Shown here piece after piece: positions 28,601-37,503 of a stretch of DNA of 55,521 nt. Numbering within the stretch: position 1 is the first letter of the stretch; the number at the start of each line of letters is the position of its first letter. The position numbers and the translations under genes are program-made. This DNA comes from Candidatus Velthaea sp. (lineage in GTDB: Bacteria > Vulcanimicrobiota > Vulcanimicrobiia > Vulcanimicrobiales > Vulcanimicrobiaceae), in contig JBEKHC010000022.1 in NCBI GenBank assembly GCA_050012475.1, positions 1-55,521 on the forward strand. The letters are read 5' to 3'. The notes beneath the pieces are model-generated. The model saw only the letters and a list, made by a program, of their open reading frames with translations. It was not told the DNA's origin and made no database searches.

Positions 28601-31285
28601 ATGAAAGAACCTTCGCACGTCCTTTTAGCCAGCGCTGCGCGCGAGTCACGCCGGAGTTCGATCCGCAGCGTGTGGTCCAACGATTCGCTGGCCGTCGCCC
28701 CGCTCGAGCGCCCGCGCGTCGTGGCGCGCATCGAGCGTGCCGCGCGTTACAAGATCGCCGTCATCCTGGCGCCGGCCGGCCATGGAAAAACCATCGCACT
28801 GCGCGGCTTCATCGCCCGGCAGAGGGCGCCGAAGCTGTGGCTCGACGCTTCGCGCTGTACCGGCCGCGACGGATTTATTGGCGCGTTCGGGCGCGCGCTC
28901 GAAGCCGCCGTTCCGCCCGACACGCTCGCGGCAAGCTTGCAGCGATGTCGCGATTCGCTCGACCCGGCCGCGGCGGCCGACCTGCTCGCCGGCTGCCTTC
29001 CGGCCGGTGAACTGCTCCTGGCGGTGGACGGCCTGACCTCGGCGGTCCTCGACGATCCGGCGGCGTGCGGCTTGCTATGCGAACTCATCGAACGCAGCGG
29101 CGAGCACGTGCGCTGGCTGTTGGCGGCGCGCTCGTCGGGATCGTTGCCGCTGGCCTCGTGGATGGCGTACGGTGCGCTCGAAGCCCCAGTCGATGCGGCG
29201 GATCTGGCGTTGAATGAGGACGAAGCCCATGCATTGGCGGCAACCGCGGCAGCCTGCACCCCCGACGTGGTCGACGACGTGTTCGCGCTCACCGGCGGCT
29301 GGGCGGCGCCGTTCGTGTTAGCGCTGCGCGCGGGCGCTCAGCCCGGCCAATTGTGCGATCTGGCCGGACGGCACCGCATGCTCTGCGACTACCTTAGCGA
29401 GCAAATCTTCAGCGGACTCGACGTGGCCGAACGGGCGTTTTGCTTGGCCACCTGCGTGTTGGAATCGATCGACTTCCCGGTGGTGATGCGGCTATGCACC
29501 GCCGACGCGCGCGATACCCTCGAGCGTTTGCGCGCGCGGCTGCTGCTGCTGCCCAACGACGCCGCTTCGGGCTTCGTCTATCATCCGCTGTTTCACGCGT
29601 TCCTGGGGCATCAGCTGCGTTTACTGGGCGAGGCCGCATTTCGGTCGACGCTCTTAGCGGCCGCCACCGCGCTCGAAGGCGCTGAACGCTACGCCGCGGC
29701 GCTCGACGGATTTTTGCGCGCGCAATCGGCCCGCGAAGTCGAGCGACTGCTGTCCGAACACGGATACGCGCTGCTCGAATGTGGCGAAACCGCCGGCGTG
29801 GCCGACGGCATCGCGTTTCTGCGCCGTCGTGGACACGGGGGTTCGCCGCCGCTCCTGGCTTTGCGCGGCAGTCTCGAGGCCGCTGCCGGCAACGGCACCT
29901 GGGCCATGACGCTTTTCGAGACCGCGCTGGCGCAAGCGCGCGACACGAACGAACGCAACCGGATCGCGAATTGGTACGCGCTCGAATTGTTCACCCGCAA
30001 CGATCCCGTCGGTGCCGCGGCGCTCGAACGCGTCGTTCCGTTGCTCGAGAACGCCCGAAGAGAAGCGGCGGCATCACCCGACAGCGAAGCGGCATTGGCC
30101 GGCGCGCTCGGGGTCGCTTACATCATGCTCGACCGCATGAGCGATGCATCGCTGTGCATCCGCGAAGCGTTGGCTTCGGCGAGCGCGCAGGACAACCCGC
30201 GGCTGCAGGCGCTGGTCTACCATCAAGCCGGTTTCTTTGCGTACGCGTGCGGCGACGCGCAGCGTGCGTCACGGTTGGCGGCGGCCGCTACGCGGTTGGC
30301 CGTCGAAACGCACAACGCGCGCTTAGCCGCACGCAGCAGCAGCGTGCGATTCAGCATTGCGCGTGGGCTCGAGGACGACCCGCAGGGCGCCTACGAGCAT
30401 CTCGTGGCGATGCGCGAGTTCGCGCAGACGGCGGGCGAGCGATACTTGCAGTGCGAGGCGCTGGCCGGGATGCTCGATATCGAGGCCGAACGCGGCGATG
30501 CGGAGCGCTTGCGCGAGACCGAGGCGCAGCTGGAGGCCGGTCACGAAGGGCTCGACGTTCAGACGACGGCGGTTCTCCCGGTAACCGCGCTGACCGCGGC
30601 CTGGAACGGCGACTTTCAACTGGCGCACGATCGCCTCGCTCGTTCTGATGCCGATCAGCCGACGCTCTTGCGCAGCGCGCTGCGCTCGGCGGAGATCGCA
30701 CTATATGCAGCGGCGGCCGGTCGACGCGAAGCGGCGCTCGACGCCGCCGCGAAAGCCGCGCACCTGGCGCGAACGACGAAGCTGCGCCATGCCGAAGATC
30801 GGCGGCGACAGGTGCGCACGCTGGCACTGTGCGCGATCACGTACGTTACGGTCGGCAGCACACCAACTGCCAACGGCATCTTGCTCGAGCTGGAACGGGC
30901 GCGCCGCGAGATGTCCTCGCGCACGCGAACGATCGTCGAGGCGGCGCGCGCGCTGTACCTGCGCGCAGAGATCGGCGCCGCGCAACCGGTTGCCGCGGCG
31001 CTGGCGCGGTTGGGTTCCGCCGGTTACGGCGGTTTGGCGCGCTTGCTCGAGGCGTTGCCGTCGGTGCGGCTCGAAGCGCCGTCGGCGATCGCTTTGCTGA
31101 CGCCGGCGGAGATCCAGGTCCTGCGCGTACTCGCGCGCGGCGGCAGCAGCACGAAAGCCGCGGTCGTTCTCCAGCGCAGCGTCAATACCGTCAACGTCCA
31201 CGTGAAGTCGATCATGCGCAAATTGCGCTGCGCGACGCGTTACGACGCGATCGCCATCGCGCGCGAGCACGGGTTGGTCGACTGA
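28601..31285 (+). CDS. MalT-like ATP-dependent LuxR-family transcriptional regulator
   Basis: Walker A APAGHGKT, TGGWAA, YLSEQIF, YHPLFHAFL and a C-terminal LuxR HTH LTPAEIQVLRVLARG..SVNTVNVHVKSIMRKL. Start codon approximate. Confidence 0.88.
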   Translation: MKEPSHVLLASAARESRRSSIRSVWSNDSLAVAPLERPRVVARIERAARYKIAVILAPAGHGKTIALRGFIARQRAPKLWLDASRCTGRDGFIGAFGRALEAAVPPDTLAASLQRCRDSLDPAAAADLLAGCLPAGELLLAVDGLTSAVLDDPAACGLLCELIERSGEHVRWLLAARSSGSLPLASWMAYGALEAPVDAADLALNEDEAHALAATAAACTPDVVDDVFALTGGWAAPFVLALRAGAQPGQLCDLAGRHRMLCDYLSEQIFSGLDVAERAFCLATCVLESIDFPVVMRLCTADARDTLERLRARLLLLPNDAASGFVYHPLFHAFLGHQLRLLGEAAFRSTLLAAATALEGAERYAAALDGFLRAQSAREVERLLSEHGYALLECGETAGVADGIAFLRRRGHGGSPPLLALRGSLEAAAGNGTWAMTLFETALAQARDTNERNRIANWYALELFTRNDPVGAAALERVVPLLENARREAAASPDSEAALAGALGVAYIMLDRMSDASLCIREALASASAQDNPRLQALVYHQAGFFAYACGDAQRASRLAAAATRLAVETHNARLAARSSSVRFSIARGLEDDPQGAYEHLVAMREFAQTAGERYLQCEALAGMLDIEAERGDAERLRETEAQLEAGHEGLDVQTTAVLPVTALTAAWNGDFQLAHDRLARSDADQPTLLRSALRSAEIALYAAAAGRREAALDAAAKAAHLARTTKLRHAEDRRRQVRTLALCAITYVTVGSTPTANGILLELERARREMSSRTRTIVEAARALYLRAEIGAAQPVAAALARLGSAGYGGLARLLEALPSVRLEAPSAIALLTPAEIQVLRVLARGGSSTKAAVVLQRSVNTVNVHVKSIMRKLRCATRYDAIAIAREHGLVD

Positions 31286-31489
31286 CGCTAACCACGACAC
31301 TAACCACACGCACCGGCCGCTTTCACCCGGCGGCCTGCCGCGCATAGCGGCTACGTTCACGCCATCGTAGTGAGATACGGGCCGCGCGTAACCCGGTACG
31401 CTTCGATCATGTTTCCAGCCGATTGCGCGGGACTACCCCGGACATCGTTGCCCGACACTCCCGTCGCGCACCCCACCTACAGGTTCGAC

Positions 31490-32167
31490 ATGCACATCGT
31501 TCGCAGCTTTGCAAGCTTGACGCTCGCAGCCATCGTCTTGGCGCTTCCGGCGACCGCGCCGGCGGCAGCCGACGCACCGCTGACGCTGCTACCCGATCGC
31601 CCCGGCGATCGGGCCGCGTACACGTTCCGCTTCGAGGGCCACTTTGGCGTCGGACGTCAGGACAAACTCGACGACGTCATTTCGATCGGCCAGAAGAGCG
31701 CCGGCGTCGTCGTGCTCGATGCGAAAAAGTGTAAACCGTTCGAGTTGGACACCACGGTCGACGAAAGCGGCTTGCTCAAGCAAGCCGATCCGCCGTCTGC
31801 GCTGGGCGACATCATCATCGACTACAACTCGATCGTCAAGCTCGCGCAGCACGCGCGGCGCGAGCCCGGTGCCGCCTGGGAGACGCAAATTCCGGTGCGT
31901 CTGTCGCCCGACACCTGGCAAGATTTGCCCGTAGCGGTCAAAGTGACCGGCGCTGCGAACGGCGAGCTCGCCATCGAAGGAAACGGACACCAAGAGACGA
32001 TGCTGTATTTCTCGGGCTTCACGTTTCCGGTCGACGTGACGGTGCACATGGCCGAGGCGTTCCGTGCCGACGGACATCTGGCCGATGCCCATCTGTCCGT
32101 CAACGAAGTCACCGCCGGCGGCAGCGGGCCGCCGATCTCATACGCTTGGCAGATGCGGGCGCAATGA
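31490..32167 (+). CDS. Secreted hypothetical protein A (paralogue of 39810-40478)
   Basis: Signal peptide MHIVRSFASLTLAAIVLALPATAPAAA; stop overlaps the next ATG; shares motifs with protein B. Confidence 0.8.
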   Translation: MHIVRSFASLTLAAIVLALPATAPAAADAPLTLLPDRPGDRAAYTFRFEGHFGVGRQDKLDDVISIGQKSAGVVVLDAKKCKPFELDTTVDESGLLKQADPPSALGDIIIDYNSIVKLAQHARREPGAAWETQIPVRLSPDTWQDLPVAVKVTGAANGELAIEGNGHQETMLYFSGFTFPVDVTVHMAEAFRADGHLADAHLSVNEVTAGGSGPPISYAWQMRAQ

Positions 32168-33138
32168 TGTCGATGACGCCCGCGCCCTATCTCAAACCGT
32201 GGTGGCGCATCACGTACGAAACGGCGCGCGTGACCTTTCAGTACGGCGACGATGCCGTCGTGTGCGAAGGCAAGAGCGCCGCGACGCTCTTGCCGCGGCT
32301 GATTCCGCTCCTGGACGGCCGGCACGCGTTCGAGACGATCGTCGCCGAACTGGGACCGCAAACCGAACCCTTCGTGCGCAAAACGGTCGACCTGTTCGCG
32401 TCGCGCGGTCTGCTGGCCGACGGAGCGCCGGTCCCGGCCGACGTTTCGCCGGCCGCGCGCGAAGCGGTCCACTTCTTGGCGGCCACGCAGCCGCGCGGAG
32501 GCGACATGCGCGCCGACGCGGGGCGTCTGGGCGGTTTGCGCGTCGTGACGGTCGGCGATTCATCCGTAGCGAGCGAAACCGCTCGCGCGCTCGCCACTTC
32601 CGGCGCGACCGTGCAGCGCTCGAACTGGGACGCGCCCGCGTCGCAATTGGCAACGTGTGACTTGGTCGTGATCGCGCCCGCGCCCGGCGAATTGCCGCGC
32701 CTGGGTGCCTGGAATGCGCGCGCGCTCGAAACACAGACGACGTGGTTAGGCGTTTTGCCGTTCGACGGCCGGTTCGCTGCCGTCGGGCCGCTCTACATTC
32801 CGGGTGAAACCGCGTGCTACGAATGTTTTCGGCATCGCCGCGCGGCCAACGTCAGCTATTCCACGCAGTGGTGGGCAATGCAGGACACGCCGGCCGCCTA
32901 TCCGTCGCCGCTGCCGATCGAAATGATGCTCGCTGGGCTTGCGTCGCTGGCCGTGCTGCGCTGGCATTTGCGGCGCGACCCTGGCTTGCCCGGTGCTTTT
33001 TCGGCGCTCGAATTCAACGGTGAGATCGTGCTCGGCACGCACGTCGTCTATCGCGTTCCGCGTTGTCCGGCGTGCGCAACCGTCGGTCGAGCGGCGCCGG
33101 TCCTGCCGTGGTTCGAGGCACCCGCGTGGAGCGCTTGA
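32164..33138 (+). CDS. TOMM/LAP E1-like (ocin-ThiF) leader-binding partner of YcaO, probable N-terminal RRE
   Basis: LIPLLDGRH N-terminal region, VGPLYIPGETACYECF and RVPRCPAC. Confidence 0.88.
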   Translation: MMSMTPAPYLKPWWRITYETARVTFQYGDDAVVCEGKSAATLLPRLIPLLDGRHAFETIVAELGPQTEPFVRKTVDLFASRGLLADGAPVPADVSPAAREAVHFLAATQPRGGDMRADAGRLGGLRVVTVGDSSVASETARALATSGATVQRSNWDAPASQLATCDLVVIAPAPGELPRLGAWNARALETQTTWLGVLPFDGRFAAVGPLYIPGETACYECFRHRRAANVSYSTQWWAMQDTPAAYPSPLPIEMMLAGLASLAVLRWHLRRDPGLPGAFSALEFNGEIVLGTHVVYRVPRCPACATVGRAAPVLPWFEAPAWSA

Positions 33139-34460
33139 TTCTGCGCGACGTCGCGGCGGCGCCGCTGACGCACACGATGCCGATGCTGCAGTCGCTGGCG
33201 TCGCCGCTGACGGGCATCATCCCATTCACGCAACAGTTGCTGCCGGTGACCGACGATGCGCGGCTCTTTCACGTGGCCTCCGTCACCTGCGACACCGAGG
33301 CGCTCATCGGTTCGGCGGCAAATCGCTATAACGGCGGGATCAACTTCACCTATGCCGGCGCGTTAGCCGCAGCGATCGGCGAAGGTCTCGAACGCTATGC
33401 CGGCGCGTATCTCGACGAGAGCCGGGTCCGCATCGCGTCGGCCGATGAGCTGGGCGCAGCGGCCGCGCCGGCCGCGTCGTTCGCGCTCTTTCATTCGCAC
33501 CAATACGCCCAACCCGCTTTCACCTACGCGCCGTTCACGCCCCAAACGCGCGTCCGCTGGACGCCCGCGTTCCGGCTGCCGGGCGGCGAGCCGGCCTTCG
33601 TGCCGACGCAACTGATTCATCTCGGTCGCCCTTTGCACGACGAAGCGCATCTGGGATATGCGACGAGCTCCGGTATGGCGTGCGCCGCGTCGTTCGAGGA
33701 AGCGATTCTGTCCGGGCTGTTCGAGCTGGTCGAACGCGACGCGTTCATGCTGACGTGGAACAATCGCCTGTCGCTGCCGCTGGTCGATTCCTCGGGCGAA
33801 GCCGATATCGTCGACGACGACCGGCGCTATTACCGTTCGACGGGCTTGCGGTATCATGCCGTCGATCTGAGCGTGTTCCACGCGATCCCGACGGCGCTGG
33901 GCGTCGTGCGCGACGACGCGGGTGAGATCGCTTTCGCCGTCGGCTGCGCGAGCGCGGCCACCATGCGCGACGCCGTCCGCAAAGCCTTGCGCGAAGCCTT
34001 TCAAACGCGAACGTTCGCGCGCCAGCTGCGCTCCGACGATCCGGACTGGGACAAGCCGGCCGACCGGATCGAGAGCTTCGAGGATCACGTGCTCTATCAT
34101 TCGCTGGCCCACAACGCACCGGCGGCGGCCTTCGTCGATCGTTCGCCGGCGCGCGTGCGCGTCGCCGAGGTCGCCGCACTTGGCGTCGATGGCGTCACCG
34201 CGCGCATCTTGGCCATCGTCGACCGGCTGGCACGAGCGGGAGTCGACACGTACGCGGTCGACACCACGCCGCCGGATTTGCGCGCCGCTGGGCTGCGCAC
34301 GGCCGCCGTCGTGGCGCCGCAGCTTTGCCGGCTCGACGTGCCGGTGCGCTTTCGCTATCTGGGCGGCGAGCGGCTCTACCGCGCGGCGCACGAGCGCGGA
34401 CTGCTGGCGCGCGTGCAGACCATCGACGATCTCAATTCTTTCCCGCATCCCTTCCCGTGA
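33126..34460 (+). CDS. ycaO: YcaO cyclodehydratase (azoline-forming type)
   Basis: GEGLERY, TSSGMACA..GLFELVERDA, KALREA and C-terminal PHPFP (PxPxP-type tail). Confidence 0.93.
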   Translation: MERLILRDVAAAPLTHTMPMLQSLASPLTGIIPFTQQLLPVTDDARLFHVASVTCDTEALIGSAANRYNGGINFTYAGALAAAIGEGLERYAGAYLDESRVRIASADELGAAAAPAASFALFHSHQYAQPAFTYAPFTPQTRVRWTPAFRLPGGEPAFVPTQLIHLGRPLHDEAHLGYATSSGMACAASFEEAILSGLFELVERDAFMLTWNNRLSLPLVDSSGEADIVDDDRRYYRSTGLRYHAVDLSVFHAIPTALGVVRDDAGEIAFAVGCASAATMRDAVRKALREAFQTRTFARQLRSDDPDWDKPADRIESFEDHVLYHSLAHNAPAAAFVDRSPARVRVAEVAALGVDGVTARILAIVDRLARAGVDTYAVDTTPPDLRAAGLRTAAVVAPQLCRLDVPVRFRYLGGERLYRAAHERGLLARVQTIDDLNSFPHPFP

Positions 34461-34473
34461 AAGTGCGTGCCTG

Positions 34474-35316
34474 ATGGATCCTTATCGTAACGGGTCGGCG
34501 ACCCTCAACGCGGCCTGGGTCGTGTACGGCACGCCGGGCGAGGTCTCGCCCGACGATCCGGCCGAGTCGTATCACGAAGCGTCAGCGCTCTACGCGACGC
34601 AACTGGCGCGGCAGCTGCCCGGCATCGCGTTTCTCGAGTCGAATCCGCAACTGCAGCTCACCGCGTCGCGCAGCACGAAGCGCCATCCGCACGTGCCGGC
34701 GATCGCCCTGCCGCCGTGCACGCTGCCGGACGTGTCGCTGGGCGACGTGCTCGCGCGGCGCCGGACGCGGCCGCATTTCGGCACCGCTGGGCCGTCGTTC
34801 GAGAAGCTGGCGCTGGTACTGCGCGCGGCCTACGGCGTGACCGGGAGCGCGAAGCTGCCCGGCGGCGGCGATCAGTCGTTTCGCGCCGCGCCCTCGGCCG
34901 GCGCGCTGTACCCGCTGGAGTTCTATGCGCTGGTCTTCGCCTGCGATGGTTTGAGCGCGGGCATCTATCACTACGATCCCCTGCGCGACGTGCTCGAGCG
35001 GCTCGCCGAGGGCGACCGGCGCGCGGCGTTCGCGCCGACCTTGCCGATGCGTGAACTGGGCGAACGGTGTGCCGTTGCGTTGGTCGTCAGCGCGATGTTT
35101 TGGCGCACGCGTTTTAAATACGGTCAACGCGGCTACCGGTTTGCGTTGCTCGAAGCCGGGCATGCCGCACAGAATGCGCTGCTGGCCGCCGAAGCGCTCG
35201 GACTCGCGACGGTTCCCGTCGGCGGCTTCTTCGATCGTCAATTGTCCGAACTGCTCGACATCGACGGCGTCAACGAAGCGCCGCTGTACGTGCTGTCGAT
35301 CGGAACGCGGCCATGA
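34474..35316 (+). CDS. SagB/McbC-type FMN-dependent azoline dehydrogenase
   Basis: RAAPSAGALYPLE, GIYHYDP, KYGQRGYRF (Lys-Tyr motif), LEAGHAAQN, GGFFD. Confidence 0.92.
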   Translation: MDPYRNGSATLNAAWVVYGTPGEVSPDDPAESYHEASALYATQLARQLPGIAFLESNPQLQLTASRSTKRHPHVPAIALPPCTLPDVSLGDVLARRRTRPHFGTAGPSFEKLALVLRAAYGVTGSAKLPGGGDQSFRAAPSAGALYPLEFYALVFACDGLSAGIYHYDPLRDVLERLAEGDRRAAFAPTLPMRELGERCAVALVVSAMFWRTRFKYGQRGYRFALLEAGHAAQNALLAAEALGLATVPVGGFFDRQLSELLDIDGVNEAPLYVLSIGTRP

Positions 35317-35849
35317 GCGCGGCGGCAGCGCCGCCCAGCGCGCGAACGATCGTCACCTATTCGCTGGTGCAGGCGGGGATCGCGTTCTCGCTCGTCGCCG
35401 GCGGCGCGGTGCCGCTGCAATGCGACGCCTCGCGCGACCTGACCGGCATCGCGCTCGGCACCGCCGCCGGGATCATCTTGTTCTACCTGCTCGCCTACGA
35501 TGGCGCAGCCCGACCGCTGCGTGCCAAACGTTTCGCGATCGTCAAACTCGCCGCGCTGTTGGCGGTGGTCTCGGTGGCCGAAGAGATCGTCTGGCGCGGT
35601 TACGCGCTCGCGGCGCTGCGGGCAACGACCGGACCGCTGGCCGCGCTCGCCGCGACGTCGTTGGGCTTCGCCGCGGCGCACGCGACGACGCAAGGCTGGA
35701 CGGGCATTCGCACGCACTTGGTCACCGGAGCGGTGATCGGATTGGCGTTCATCCTCACGCGCAGTTTAGCGGCCGCCGTCGCCACCCACCTGTCGTACAA
35801 TTTGATGTTCGTGCGCGCGCTCGCGCCGCAAGGGAGATTCGAGCTATGA
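35313..35849 (+). CDS. CPBP (CAAX/Abi) intramembrane metalloprotease
   Basis: EEIVWRG, FAAAH and HLSYN motifs; hydrophobic; ATGA overlap. Confidence 0.88.
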   Translation: MSAAAAPPSARTIVTYSLVQAGIAFSLVAGGAVPLQCDASRDLTGIALGTAAGIILFYLLAYDGAARPLRAKRFAIVKLAALLAVVSVAEEIVWRGYALAALRATTGPLAALAATSLGFAAAHATTQGWTGIRTHLVTGAVIGLAFILTRSLAAAVATHLSYNLMFVRALAPQGRFEL

Positions 35850-36763
35850 TTGCATCGCGGCCGGCGCCGCTGTCACTGACCGTCGTGGGCCCGCGGCCGC
35901 TCGCGGAATTGAGCGGCGTTCACAAAGCCTATGGCGAGCGCGCGGCGTTGCGGGGCTTCGATCTGAAGCTGTACCCCGGTGAGATCGTCGTGCTGCTCGG
36001 GCCCAACGGTGCGGGAAAGAGCACCGCGATCAATGTGCTGAACGGCTTGCGCGAAGCCGACGCGGGCGACGTGCGCCTCTTTGGCGGCAACCCGCGAGCC
36101 GCGCGCACGCGGCGCGAACTGGGCGCCACGCCGCAGCAGCTCGACTATCCGGCGATGCTGCGCGTTCGCGAAATCGTCGAGCTGGTGCGCGCGCACTACG
36201 CGCAGCCGCTCCCGGCCGCCGAATTGCTCGAATCGTTCGGGCTCACGGACTTGGCCGGCCGGTGGGGCTCCGCGCTCAGCGGCGGTGAACGGCGCCGTTT
36301 GGCCGTGGCGCTGGCTTTCGCCGGCCGGCCGCGTTTGGCGCTGCTCGACGAACCGACGACCGGGCTCGACGTCGAGGCGCGCCGATTCGTTTGGCAGGCC
36401 GTGCGCGACTATGCCGGCGCCGGCGGATCGGTTTTGCTCACCACGCACTATTTGGAAGAGGCGGACGCGCTCGCGACGCGCGTGGTGGTCATCAACCACG
36501 GACGCGCGATCTTCAGCGGATCGGTTACCGACATCAAGGCTCGCATCGGTTGGAAACGCCTGACCGTTCGCGCGCCGGTCGAGCTCCCCATCGCGGGCAT
36601 CACCGCGGCCGACTGTGACGGTAACCGCTGCGTGCTGCGCACCAAGAACGTCGACGTCTTGGTGGCCGCGCTGCTCGAACGCGGCGTGCATTTCGACGAC
36701 ATCGAGATCGGCCCGGTTTCTTTGGAAGAAGCATTCCTCGACCTCACGGAGCGCGTGTCATGA
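35846..36763 (+). CDS. ABC exporter ATP-binding protein
   Basis: GPNGAGKST, LSGGERRR, LLDEPTTGLD, TTHYLEEA. Confidence 0.93.
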   Translation: MIASRPAPLSLTVVGPRPLAELSGVHKAYGERAALRGFDLKLYPGEIVVLLGPNGAGKSTAINVLNGLREADAGDVRLFGGNPRAARTRRELGATPQQLDYPAMLRVREIVELVRAHYAQPLPAAELLESFGLTDLAGRWGSALSGGERRRLAVALAFAGRPRLALLDEPTTGLDVEARRFVWQAVRDYAGAGGSVLLTTHYLEEADALATRVVVINHGRAIFSGSVTDIKARIGWKRLTVRAPVELPIAGITAADCDGNRCVLRTKNVDVLVAALLERGVHFDDIEIGPVSLEEAFLDLTERVS

Positions 36764-37503
36764 ACGCTGCAGCGCTGTTCGGCAAACACGTTTGGATCGA
36801 CACGGTCGAGCTGATCCGTTTGCCGATGTACTCGGTGTCGACCATGGTCTTCCCGACGCTGTTGTATTTGCTGTTCGGCCTGCCGTACGGCCATTCGGAG
36901 ACGGCATCGCGCTTGATCATGAGCTCGTTTTGCGCATACGCGGTCATCGGGGTCACCTTATTTCAATTCGGCGTGGGCATCGCCACCGATCGCAATTCGC
37001 CCTGGGAACAGTATCTGCGGGTGCTGCCCGTCAACGCGCTCACGCGCCTGGGCGCGCAAATCACTGCGGCGCTCTTCTTTGCCGCCGCATCGGTCGGTAC
37101 GGTCATCGCCGCCGCCGCGATCTTCAGTCATGCCGCGCCGAATGCGGAGTTGCTGGTCCGGCTCGTCCCCGTGCTGCTGCTCGGCAGCATCCCGTTCGCG
37201 CTGCTCGGGATCAGCATCGGGTATTGGGCCGGGCGGCGCAGCGCGTTGCCGATTGCCAACCTCATCTATTTACCGATGGCGCTCGGCGGCGGCCTGTGGA
37301 TGCCGCCCGAAGCATTGCCGCGCGCGATCGCGCTGCTGTCGCCGTATTTGCCCTCGCGCCATTACGGCGAGATTGCCTGGGCGGTTGCTCGCGGTGTGAC
37401 AACGCCGGCGATCTCGTGGCTTTGGCTGCTCGGCTACGCGCTGGTCTTCGGTTGCACCGCGGTTCTGGGATACCGGCGGGATGAGAGCCGCAACTATCGC
37501 TGA
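36760..37503 (+). CDS. ABC-2 type exporter permease
   Basis: About six hydrophobic segments; FQFGVGIATDR, LGGGLWMPP, SPYLPS. Confidence 0.9.
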   Translation: MNAAALFGKHVWIDTVELIRLPMYSVSTMVFPTLLYLLFGLPYGHSETASRLIMSSFCAYAVIGVTLFQFGVGIATDRNSPWEQYLRVLPVNALTRLGAQITAALFFAAASVGTVIAAAAIFSHAAPNAELLVRLVPVLLLGSIPFALLGISIGYWAGRRSALPIANLIYLPMALGGGLWMPPEALPRAIALLSPYLPSRHYGEIAWAVARGVTTPAISWLWLLGYALVFGCTAVLGYRRDESRNYR

